Source: Synechococcus sp. A15-28 (GTDB taxonomy: Bacteria > Cyanobacteriota > Cyanobacteriia > PCC-6307 > Cyanobiaceae). Taken from it: DNA of 32,000 nucleotides. The notes beneath the pieces are model-generated. The model was not told the DNA's origin. It searched no databases and saw only the letters and a list, made by a program, of their open reading frames with translations. Positions 8,506 to 15,103 of the stretch are shown here, piece after piece (position 1 is the first letter of the stretch; each line of letters starts with the position of its first letter). The stretch is from NCBI RefSeq assembly GCF_014280175.1, contig NZ_CP047931.1:1260001-1292000 (forward strand). Reading direction: 5' to 3'. The translations under genes were made by a program, and so were the position numbers.

Positions 8506-8604
8506 ATGGAATTGATCAGTGAGTTGATGATTGCCGTAGCGGATATCACCGTTGCCTTGATTGTTGCTGTGTCATTGCCATCAGGAAGAGCAAACAAAGT
8601 CTGA
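8506..8604 (+). CDS. Mini membrane peptide, 32 aa
   Basis: MELISELMIAVADITVALIVAVSLPSGRANKV*. Adjacent to 8379..8501. A hairpin follows at 8615-8640. Confidence 0.3.
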   Translation: MELISELMIAVADITVALIVAVSLPSGRANKV

Positions 8605-8614
8605 ATTCTCACCG

Positions 8615-8640
8615 TTTCTGGTGTGATTGATCACCAGAAA
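8615..8640 (+). terminator. Stem-loop after the mini-peptide pair (weak terminator candidate)
   Basis: TTTCTGGTG (8615-8623) and CACCAGAAA (8632-8640) form a 9-bp perfect stem with an 8-nt loop. No T-tract follows. Confidence 0.3.
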
Positions 8641-8684
8641 TCTTGGAAAGCGTTCCTACTCTCAGCACACTATTTCTCTCTGTC

Positions 8685-8870
8685 ATGTTTGCTGAACATG
8701 GCCCTACCGCCTGTATGGAGATGGATCTTCATGCCTTGCGCTTGTTGTACAGGGTTGTGAGCGAAGCCCATGCGAAGTGGCCGGGTGGTTGCCCCGAAGA
8801 ACAGGTCTGTCTGTCGACCATGAAGACGCAGCTCTACGCCGCCCTGATGGACCACTTATTCGAACAGTGA
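8685..8870 (+). CDS. Small hypothetical protein, family A (WPGG motif) copy 1, 61 aa
   Basis: ...DLHALRLLYRVVSEAHAKWPGGCPEEQVCLSTMKTQLYAALMDHLFEQ* aligns with the product of 25961..26158 (AxRLLxRxV...WPGG...EQ...L...LYAAL). ATG 8685 is preferred over the TTG 8643 of the track ORF. Confidence 0.6.
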   Translation: MFAEHGPTACMEMDLHALRLLYRVVSEAHAKWPGGCPEEQVCLSTMKTQLYAALMDHLFEQ

Positions 8871-9145
8871 CCGCGACGTTTCAAGCTGCTCGTTTGCAAC
8901 CGTCTGTTCCAGATCCTTCAGCAGAAGCGTCAACCCCACACCCATCAAAGCCAACGCCGTTCCCCTGTCGCTGTCTGTCGTCAATGAGACCGCCCGGGCA
9001 AGCTCCAGATGTTGAGACCACGAAAAATGCACTGGAGAGCTGATCTCGATGTCTTGACATTCTTGATCATCGCGCTGGATGCAGTTGATGTTTTGGGGCC
9101 ATCAGGCAATGCTCTGTAACCAATCAATGGTCATACGACGAACAC

Positions 9146-9183
9146 ACAACACCAACAATGTTGGTGTTGTTACCTCTCGAGAG
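9146..9183. promoter_or_regulatory. 25-bp perfect palindrome plus adjacent 10-bp palindrome
   Basis: ACAACACCAACA-A-TGTTGGTGTTGT at 9146-9170, then CTCTCGAGAG at 9174-9183. Both lie 40-77 nt upstream of ATG 9223. Confidence 0.45.
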
Positions 9184-9222
9184 AATGAGCGCAATACATT
9201 TTCCCCAACCGCCTGAGTTTCG

Positions 9223-9396
9223 ATGGAGCCCATCACCCTGACTCTCGGACAGAAGTTCGAGCTGGAGAAAAGAAGCCGCGACATCAGTGCCATCACAGAT
9301 GTCCAGCAGCTGCAGAACCTCACCAAAGACCTCCTGCTGGCCTGGCAACAGGAAATCGCACGCTCCAGAGCAGCCGTGGCAGAGGTTCTCGGTTAG
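9223..9396 (+). CDS. NblA-like small protein, 57 aa (tentative)
   Basis: MEPITLTLGQKFELEKRSRDISAITDVQQLQNLTKDLLLAWQQEIARSRAAVAEVLG*. The LxxxQxFxLxK start, the RDIS stretch and a second leucine-rich helix resemble phycobilisome degradation protein NblA (~60 aa). Below the track cutoff. Confidence 0.4.
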   Translation: MEPITLTLGQKFELEKRSRDISAITDVQQLQNLTKDLLLAWQQEIARSRAAVAEVLG

Positions 9397-9420
9397 AGCA
9401 ACGATCGGAAGACGCTCAGA

Positions 9421-9594
9421 TCAACGGCGCTGGCCAGGACTCCAACGACGCTCCAGAGACGCTCGAAAGGCTTCGGTGTCTCTGGTCATGACCCCGGTTC
9501 GCTGCCTCCAGCCTTGGGTGAATCGCCAGAATTTCCAGATCGATCCAACAGCAACAACACCCCAGGCCAGCAGAAACCATGACGGACTTGGCAT
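9421..9594 (-). CDS. Small membrane protein, 57 aa
   Basis: MPSPSWFLLAWGVVAVGSIWKFWRFTQGWRQRTGVMTRDTEAFRASLERRWSPGQRR*: N-terminal hydrophobic span and a basic tail. Start is only 16 nt from the divergent ORF at 9611. Confidence 0.3.
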   Translation of the reverse strand: MPSPSWFLLAWGVVAVGSIWKFWRFTQGWRQRTGVMTRDTEAFRASLERRWSPGQRR

Positions 9595-9610
9595 TCAGAG
9601 GGAGGCGCGC

Positions 9611-9760
9611 ATGATCATGGTATTGAAATCAGCTGAGGGACTGGCCATGGATCCTGAAGTCCGCCAATTCATCATCGCGCAGCTGTTGGTCATCGTTGTC
9701 CCCGTCGGACTGATGTTCGCGCTCTGGATCTCCCTGTTGAACAAGAACGTTCAACGTTGA
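9611..9760 (+). CDS. Small membrane protein, 49 aa (or 37 aa from ATG 9647)
   Basis: GGAGG at 9601-9605 lies 5 nt upstream of ATG 9611. MIMVLKSAEGLAMDPEVRQFIIAQLLVIVVPVGLMFALWISLLNKNVQR*. This is the only protein-like part of track ORF 9287..9760. Confidence 0.35.
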   Translation: MIMVLKSAEGLAMDPEVRQFIIAQLLVIVVPVGLMFALWISLLNKNVQR

Positions 9761-9933
9761 GTGCGGCCGTCCACAACGGCCACAACATGATTCCAGCTTG
9801 GATTCACGATCCGGTACGTGCGCAGGGTGGCCATCGATTTGGTGCGAGCGTTCACGAAGGCCTTGAACTCCGTTTTGAAGCACATTTCCTTGATCCACTC
9901 ACCTTCGGCGTCCTGGCGTTCAATGCAATACAT
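9751..9933 (-). CDS. Small hypothetical protein, family C copy 2 (60 aa)
   Basis: MYCIERQDAEGEWIKEMCFKTEFKAFVNARTKSMATLRTYRIVN... is paralogous to 6250..6456. Confidence 0.6.
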   Translation of the reverse strand: MYCIERQDAEGEWIKEMCFKTEFKAFVNARTKSMATLRTYRIVNPSWNHVVAVVDGRTQR

Positions 9934-10046
9934 GGCTGGTCAATCACACTGACATCGAAGGTCACCTTCACCATCAGCACACGAAATCAGCAGAGAGGCT
10001 TCGGGATCATGCTGAAATCTCCTCACATCGGCAGGTTCCTGACGTC

Positions 10047-10448
10047 ATGACCGTGGTTTTCGCCCTGTTGGCTCCACTCCTGATGGTGTTTCACCTGGTG
10101 GGGCCTGTGCCATCCGATCTCGGTGTGCACGACGGCAAGCTGAGTCCCTGCACCACCCCTGCCCACTGCGCCCGACAGACCTGGCCCAGCAGCAGTCCTG
10201 AAGCGGATTTCACCTCCTTGGTGGCCTACGTGATGGACATGCCGCGCACCGAGGTGGTCGAGCAGAACGACCACTACATCCACGCTGAAGCGAGCAGTGC
10301 CCTCTTCGGTTTTGTGGACGACCTCGAATTGCTGCTGGATACCAGCAACGGCAGCATTCAGGCTCGCTCGGTGTCCCGTCTGGGCGATTCCGATCTGGGG
10401 GTCAACGCCGGGCGTCTGGGTGAACTGCAGTCACTGGTGAGCCCCTGA
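10047..10448 (+). CDS. DUF1499-family protein
   Basis: N-terminal hydrophobic anchor, the Cys-containing segment SPCTTPAHCARQ, and C-terminal ARSVSRLGDSDLGVNAGRLGEL, which resembles the RSxSRxGxSDxGVN signature of DUF1499. Confidence 0.8.
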   Translation: MTVVFALLAPLLMVFHLVGPVPSDLGVHDGKLSPCTTPAHCARQTWPSSSPEADFTSLVAYVMDMPRTEVVEQNDHYIHAEASSALFGFVDDLELLLDTSNGSIQARSVSRLGDSDLGVNAGRLGELQSLVSP

Positions 10449-10454
10449 AGCCAT

Positions 10455-10619
10455 TCACACCTTGGCTTTGCGCAGATTGCCCAGGTCATGGGTCAGCTCC
10501 CGCAGGCCGGTGACGAAACCGATGCTGGCAACGCTCACGATCCCCACGATGATCACGGTCTCCAGCAGGGCATGGGGATCCTTGAGCAGGGCTGGCCAGG
10601 CGCTCGTGAGTGCTGTCAT
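10455..10619 (-). CDS. Small membrane protein, 54 aa
   Basis: [54 protein letters not shown]. Occupies the region that the track assigns to an implausible N-terminal extension of the DUF2130 ORF. Confidence 0.4.
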   Translation of the reverse strand: MTALTSAWPALLKDPHALLETVIIVGIVSVASIGFVTGLRELTHDLGNLRKAKV

Positions 10620-10670
10620 CTCGTCAGAATCTGCGCTCTCCTGTTGGTAGCAACACCTTCGTCAGACGCC

Positions 10671-12038
10671 ATGCACGACATCATCTGCCCGCACTGCAGC
10701 AAGGCGTTCAAGGTGGATGAGGCCGGCTATGCCGACATCCTCAAGCAGGTGCGTGACCGCGAGTTCGAGCAGCAACTGAGCAAACGACTGGCCCTGGCGG
10801 AGCAGGAGAAACGCAACGCCATCGACTTGGCCATGGCCAGAAAGCAGACGGAACTGCAGGAGCTGGAGGCTCAGTTGCGGGCCCGGGATGTCAAGCAGGA
10901 ACTGGCGGTGAAGGAGGCCGTGACCAATGCGGAAAAGCAACGGGATCTTCTGGCCAGCGAACTGCAGCAGATGCGGGAGACCGGTGAAACTGCAGCGCGC
11001 ATGGCAGAAACCCGCTTCGCCAAGGAGATTCAAACGCTCACCCTGCAGAAAGAGGGGGAGCTCCGCGATCTGAGAGCGCAGTTGGAGGCCAGCGGGATTC
11101 AGACCAAGCTGGCGGTGACCGAAGCCCTCAGCGGTGTCGAGAAGGAGCGGGACGAGCTCCGCAACAGCCTCAGCCAGAGCGAACTCAAACATCGCCTGGA
11201 CACCCAGTCGATGAAGGAGCGCTACGAGCTGAAGATTCACGATCGGGATCAGGCGATTGAACGCCTGCGTGACATGAAGGCACGGCTCTCCACAAAGATG
11301 GTGGGGGAAACGTTGGAACAACACTGCGAAACGGAGTTCAATCGCATCCGGGCCGCAGCCTTCCCCCGGGCCTATTTCGAAAAGGACAACGACGCCCGCA
11401 GTGGCAGCAAAGGGGATTACATCTTCCGTGACAGCGACGAAGCCGAGAACGAAATCATCTCAATCATGTTTGAGATGAAGAATGAGGCCGACACCACAGC
11501 CACCAAAAAAAAGAACGAGGACTTTCTCAAGGAGCTGGACAAGGACAGACGTGAGAAAGGCTGTGAGTACGCCGTACTGGTTTCCCTGCTGGAACCGGGC
11601 AGCGAGTTGTACAACTCAGGAATTGTTGATGTCTCCCATCGTTTCAGCAAAACCTATGTGATCCGCCCGCAGTTCTTCATTCCCTTCATCACCCTGCTGC
11701 GCAACGCGGCCCTCAAATCACTGGAGTACAAAGCCGAGCTGGCACTGGTGAAGGCTCAGAACATTGATGTGACCAACTTCGAAAACGATCTTGAGGCGTT
11801 CAAGACGGCATTTTCCAGAAATTACGATCTCGCCTCCCGTCGCTTTCAAACGGCCATCGATGAAATCGATAAATCGATCGATCACCTGCAGAAAACAAAA
11901 GATGCTCTTCTCGGCGCCGATCGGAATCTGCGGCTTGCCAATGACAAGGCGCAGGATGTGTCGGTGAAGAAGCTGACGCGCCGCAACCCGACGATGGCGG
12001 AAAAATTCGCCGAGCTGCACGATCAGACTTCAACCTGA
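10671..12038 (+). CDS. DUF2130-family protein (Zn-ribbon, long coiled coil, nuclease-like C-terminal domain)
   Basis: [36 protein letters not shown]... is the typical DUF2130 N-terminus. About 200 aa of Glu/Leu/Arg/Lys/Gln-rich coiled coil follow. The C-terminal part contains GDYIF...SIMFEMKNE (D...ExK). Confidence 0.85.
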   Translation: MHDIICPHCSKAFKVDEAGYADILKQVRDREFEQQLSKRLALAEQEKRNAIDLAMARKQTELQELEAQLRARDVKQELAVKEAVTNAEKQRDLLASELQQMRETGETAARMAETRFAKEIQTLTLQKEGELRDLRAQLEASGIQTKLAVTEALSGVEKERDELRNSLSQSELKHRLDTQSMKERYELKIHDRDQAIERLRDMKARLSTKMVGETLEQHCETEFNRIRAAAFPRAYFEKDNDARSGSKGDYIFRDSDEAENEIISIMFEMKNEADTTATKKKNEDFLKELDKDRREKGCEYAVLVSLLEPGSELYNSGIVDVSHRFSKTYVIRPQFFIPFITLLRNAALKSLEYKAELALVKAQNIDVTNFENDLEAFKTAFSRNYDLASRRFQTAIDEIDKSIDHLQKTKDALLGADRNLRLANDKAQDVSVKKLTRRNPTMAEKFAELHDQTST

Positions 12039-12039
12039 A

Positions 12040-12384
12040 TCAGGCGAACTTGCGGGGATACGGGGTGTTCCCGGCCAGTTCAACGTTGATCTCGCGGCAG
12101 ATGTTCAGCAAGGCGCCGGTGCCCATATCGGGACCGTTGGGGCCATCGATGAAGGTCTGGAATTCAACGTCGCTGATGCCCTCACGCACTTCCCAGATGC
12201 AGAAAGCGGGGCCTTCCAGACCAACGGGATTGAAGCAATGGTTGTAGTAACCAGCTTCAAGGTTGCGCTTCACAGCGTCGTCCCAACCACCACCGGGGGC
12301 CAGAGCTTTCTGAACGGTCTCGAACCAATTCTGAGCGGTTCCGGCGCGGAACTCATGCTGAACGTGAAAGAAACGGGATGCCAT
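12040..12384 (-). CDS. Hypothetical protein, 114 aa
   Basis: Clean ORF with globular-protein composition (MASRFFHVQHEFRAGTAQNWFETVQKAL...). Same strand as the upstream cupin gene. No family recognised. Confidence 0.7.
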   Translation of the reverse strand: MASRFFHVQHEFRAGTAQNWFETVQKALAPGGGWDDAVKRNLEAGYYNHCFNPVGLEGPAFCIWEVREGISDVEFQTFIDGPNGPDMGTGALLNICREINVELAGNTPYPRKFA

Positions 12385-12419
12385 GGGTGATACGGAGATA
12401 AGAGTGAGGGAGCCGTTGG

Positions 12420-12845
12420 TCAGGCGGCGATGTTGACCCCTTCCTTGGTCACGATTTCGACCACCTTGGCCATGTCGTTGAGGTCCTTCTCGTTGGCCTT
12501 GAGGCTCTTGAACACGGATTCCACGCCGCCGGGCTGGCCGACCATCACGTAACGGCAGAAGTCACCGTTGGGGGTGGGAGCGTGAACCACACCGGCTTTC
12601 ACCTGGTAGCAACCGCCGGTGCCGACAACGGTGGTTTCACCGTTGATGTTGAGGTTGAGCTCACCTTCAAGAACCAGATAGGTCTCATCCCAGGCGTGGG
12701 TGTGGGGAGGCTGCCCAACACCACCGGGAGTTGCGAATTCCGCGACGCTGTATTTCCCATCGGTCTGCTCGGTGGTGAGGCGCAGGGTGATGGAATCGCC
12801 CAGGACGTTGCAGACCTCAGGTTGCTGGTTGAACAGGCCGAGCAT
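12420..12845 (-). CDS. Cupin-domain protein
   Basis: GQPPHTHAWDETYLVLEGEL (cupin motif 1, HxH...E) and GCYQVKAGVVHAP (motif 2). Confidence 0.85.
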   Translation of the reverse strand: MLGLFNQQPEVCNVLGDSITLRLTTEQTDGKYSVAEFATPGGVGQPPHTHAWDETYLVLEGELNLNINGETTVVGTGGCYQVKAGVVHAPTPNGDFCRYVMVGQPGGVESVFKSLKANEKDLNDMAKVVEIVTKEGVNIAA

Positions 12846-12929
12846 GGTTGGCGGATCAGAAGCAAGATGCTTCTAATTGATTCGTTTGTTCAGCGCTGTG
12901 CTGCGCCGAACACAAGCAACACCTGCACA

Positions 12930-13427
12930 ATGCCTTCTTCCCCTAGGAACCGTATCGGCGAGATCTACGGACAACTCACGGTGGTGCGGGCCTCGGAACG
13001 ACGCACCAAGGCTGGCAATGCCTACTGGTGGTGCCGATGCTCCTGCGGCAGGGAACGGGAGGTCCCCGGAGACAAACTCTCCCTGAACACCACGCGCCGT
13101 AAACCGATCGTTGATGCCTGTGAAACCTGCTCCCGCGAACGACAGGTGGAAGGGGTCTGCCTCAAGAATGATCAAGAGGAGAAAGACCGCAGATCCCAGG
13201 CCCAGCTCGATCGCTCCAAGCTCAAGGGGGTGGTTCCTGAGCGGTGGTTGACGCTGCCCCTCACCGATGCCCATGCCAGGGAACTTGGGCAGACCTTGTT
13301 CTTCCGCGGCACGCGCTGCCTGCGGGGACATCTCGCCCCCTATCGCATCAACGGCGGCTGTCAGACTTGTTCGGGTCAGACGCCATCTGCGGGAGATTGG
13401 CCACAAGCCAAGCCCACAGGGTCATAA
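12930..13427 (+). CDS. Cys-rich (zinc-ribbon-like) hypothetical protein, 165 aa
   Basis: MPSSPRNRIGEIYGQLTVVRASERRTKAGNAYWWCRCSCGREREV...CETCSRE...FFRGTRCLRGHLAPYRINGGCQTC. Several CxC/CxxC pairs. The first 116 codons of the track ORF (12582) are antisense to the cupin gene and were dropped. Confidence 0.6.
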   Translation: MPSSPRNRIGEIYGQLTVVRASERRTKAGNAYWWCRCSCGREREVPGDKLSLNTTRRKPIVDACETCSRERQVEGVCLKNDQEEKDRRSQAQLDRSKLKGVVPERWLTLPLTDAHARELGQTLFFRGTRCLRGHLAPYRINGGCQTCSGQTPSAGDWPQAKPTGS

Positions 13428-13470
13428 CAGAGGCACCGAAGGCCAGGAGGGCCAGAATTTTTGATTCCAT
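13348..13470 (-). CDS. Mini membrane peptide, 40 aa
   Basis: MESKILALLAFGASVMTLWAWLVANLPQMASDPNKSDSRR*. Its ATG overlaps the stop of the upstream mini-ORF (TGATG). Its 3' part overlaps the end of 12930..13427 on the opposite strand by 80 nt. Confidence 0.25.
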   Translation of the reverse strand: MESKILALLAFGASVMTLWAWLVANLPQMASDPNKSDSRR

Positions 13471-13568
13471 CAGAGGAAATCAAAATCGTCTTCGGCATCT
13501 CCAGCAAATGCATTCATCACAAGTGCGGAGAAGGGGATGAAAACCGCTGCGATCACAAGAATTTCCAT
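13470..13568 (-). CDS. Mini membrane peptide, 32 aa
   Basis: MEILVIAAVFIPFSALVMNAFAGDAEDDFDFL*: a hydrophobic span and an acidic tail. Confidence 0.3.
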   Translation of the reverse strand: MEILVIAAVFIPFSALVMNAFAGDAEDDFDFL

Positions 13569-13752
13569 AAAACTGATTCGACGGAATGAGCGTAGTTCAC
13601 ACGACGTTACAAACAGTCGTCGATGACACCGTCGATCGTGACTGCGTCGAAATACTCAACTTTCAGGAAACATCGTCAGCCACTTAGGCATTAAGCACCG
13701 TTGTCAGCACATCCCAACAATTCACACTTGAAGAACACAGTGAAGTGGGGCC

Positions 13753-14067
13753 ATGCAACTTCTCAAAGCCGCTGCAACCGCCATCCACGGACTGCTGCCC
13801 TCCAAGGACATCCGTTCCACTGAGGAATGCCGCCAACGCAACGACCGGCAGAGCTACTTCAGCCTCACCAGACAATTGGTGAGTGCACAATTTGTCCTGG
13901 CCGATGGGCAGTTGTCAGCGCGGCTCTGGCAGGAGGTGGCTGACCGGGAGATGGATCTCGGACGGGTGATCAATCTGTTGTATGGCTGCAGCTTTCCGGA
14001 GGACGACCAGGCGATGCAGGAGGCGGACGATGCGTATCTGAGCCTTGTGGATCGCTTTGATCCCTGA
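13753..14067 (+). CDS. Hypothetical protein, 104 aa
   Basis: The track ORF has plausible composition (…LWQEVADREMDLGRVINLLYGCSFPEDDQAMQEADDAYLSLVDRFDP*). The competing antisense ORFs are Ser/Arg-rich. Confidence 0.45.
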   Translation: MQLLKAAATAIHGLLPSKDIRSTEECRQRNDRQSYFSLTRQLVSAQFVLADGQLSARLWQEVADREMDLGRVINLLYGCSFPEDDQAMQEADDAYLSLVDRFDP

Positions 14068-14076
14068 GGCTGCTCC

Positions 14077-14232
14077 TCAGAGCTCAAACACTGTGCCCAG
14101 CACGAGGGCTGGGTGGATGCTGGTGGAGGCCCGTTGGCGTTCCAACTGAACCGCCATCGTCAGGTGAGCCATGAATCGAACCGCTGACAGAACAGCGAGT
14201 CCGATGCAGAGGGGGCAGTGCGTGATTCCCAT
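14077..14232 (-). CDS. Small hypothetical protein, 51 aa
   Basis: MGITHCPLCIGLAVLSAVRFMAHLTMAVQLERQRASTSIHPALVLGTVFEL*. GGGAG lies 9 nt upstream of the ATG. Confidence 0.25.
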   Translation of the reverse strand: MGITHCPLCIGLAVLSAVRFMAHLTMAVQLERQRASTSIHPALVLGTVFEL

Positions 14233-14292
14233 GGGATGAGGCTCCCAGCCTGATCAGCGATTGACATGCTTCCGTGCGATTTCTTGATCAAA

Positions 14293-14490
14293 TCAACGGA
14301 TCAACCAACTGATCAGAGCCGTCAGCAGTGCCCCTTTGACGAAGGACAGCCACATCAGCCCGTAGAGACCGATCCCGGTACGCCGCATCAGGGCATTGAT
14401 CATCGTCTTGTGCCATCGAATCAGGGCTGGATCACCGTCGGTGTTGAACTGAGCAAGTCGCTTGAGTGGAAGTTAGGCAAGCCTTGCCAT
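14293..14490 (-). pseudogene. Small membrane-protein ORF interrupted by an in-frame TAA at codon 6 (or a 36-aa ORF from ATG 14403)
   Basis: ATG 14490: MARLA-TAA(14473-14475)-LPLKRLAQFNTDGDPALIRWHKTMINALMRRTGIGLYGLMWLSFVKGALLTALISWLIR*. The protein-like sequence continues for 23 codons upstream of the first usable ATG (14403). Confidence 0.3.
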
Positions 14491-14563
14491 AACAGGGGGA
14501 ATGAATGACTCACAACGAAGACTGGCTGGTAAGATTGTTTTTTGCTCTCCCTCAGGGAAACGG

Positions 14564-14740
14564 ATGAGTCAGGTCACAGTCGGCGAAAACGAAGGGATCG
14601 AATCCGCGCTGCGTCGCTTCAAGCGCTCTGTGGCCAAGGCCGGCATCTTTTCCGACCTGCGTCGCATCCGCCACCACGAGACCCCCGTGGAGAAGTACAA
14701 GCGCAAACTGAAGCAGCGCTCCCGCAACCGCCGCCGCTGA
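14564..14740 (+). CDS. rpsU: 30S ribosomal protein S21
   Basis: [58 protein letters not shown]: a typical bS21 sequence and length. The track ORF starts further upstream (14501). Confidence 0.95.
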
Positions 14741-14760
14741 GCACGTTCCAAGCATTGAGA

Positions 14761-14787
14761 AACGGACCCTGACGGGTCCGTTTTTTT
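14761..14787 (+). terminator. Rho-independent terminator of rpsU
   Basis: AACGGACCC-TGAC-GGGTCCGTT perfect 9-bp stem followed by TTTTTTT. Confidence 0.9.
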
Positions 14788-14857
14788 ATGCCGGCGTCAC
14801 AGAGCTTGATCGCGTTAGCCAGAATCCCTCACACCTCATGAGATCCGGCCGACCCCG

Positions 14858-15100
14858 ATGTTCCTGCCACCTCCGTTCTGCCCGATCAGTGCGGCAAAAA
14901 TCGCCGGTCTCAAGGCCACAGTCAGCCTGCTGCTGATCCTTCTGTTCAAGTCGAAGCTGTTGCGGATCAAGATGTCGCTCCTGGGCTCCGTTCTCGGCTT
15001 CGCCATGCTGGTGGGCTTTCTGATCAGCACAGGTCTGCTCACCCTGGTCGCCGGCGGTGCCGTGGCCTACGCCGCCACACAATCCAAGGGGAGCAACTGA
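14858..15100 (+). CDS. Small membrane protein (80 aa, or 42 aa from ATG 14972)
   Basis: ...MSLLGSVLGFAMLVGFLISTGLLTLVAGGAVAYAATQSKGSN*. The stop lies 3 nt before the ATG of the next membrane-protein gene. Start uncertain. Confidence 0.45.
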   Translation: MFLPPPFCPISAAKIAGLKATVSLLLILLFKSKLLRIKMSLLGSVLGFAMLVGFLISTGLLTLVAGGAVAYAATQSKGSN

Positions 15101-15103
15101 TCC

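Noticed and set aside
8881-9060. 59-aa minus-strand ORF (MSRHRDQLSSAFFVVSTSGACPGGLIDDRQRQGNGVGFDGCGVDASAEGSGTDGCKRAA)
   Set aside because: It could be imagined as a Gly/Cys-rich core peptide. However, it has no leader-like domain, no RBS and no paralogue, and its composition is compatible with a chance ORF.
10019-10029. 11-mer CTCCTCACATC, also present at 17083-17093, each next to GAAATCT; resembles the Yfr1 sRNA core ACUCCUCACAC
   Set aside because: Only 9 of 11 positions match the Yfr1 core. I could not find the two flanking stem-loops that define Yfr1, and neither site has a terminator. It may be a chance or Shine-Dalgarno-complement-like element. A covariance-model search would settle it.
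10488-10670. N-terminal 61-codon extension of the DUF2130 ORF
   Set aside because: DUF2130 proteins begin at the CPHC zinc ribbon (MHDIICPHC). The extension is low complexity and overlaps a more convincing minus-strand membrane ORF (10455-10619).
13586-13687. 33-aa plus-strand ORF MSVVHTTLQTVVDDTVDRDCVEILNFQETSSAT
   Set aside because: It is very short and has no RBS, hydrophobic span, paralogue or coupling to a neighbour.
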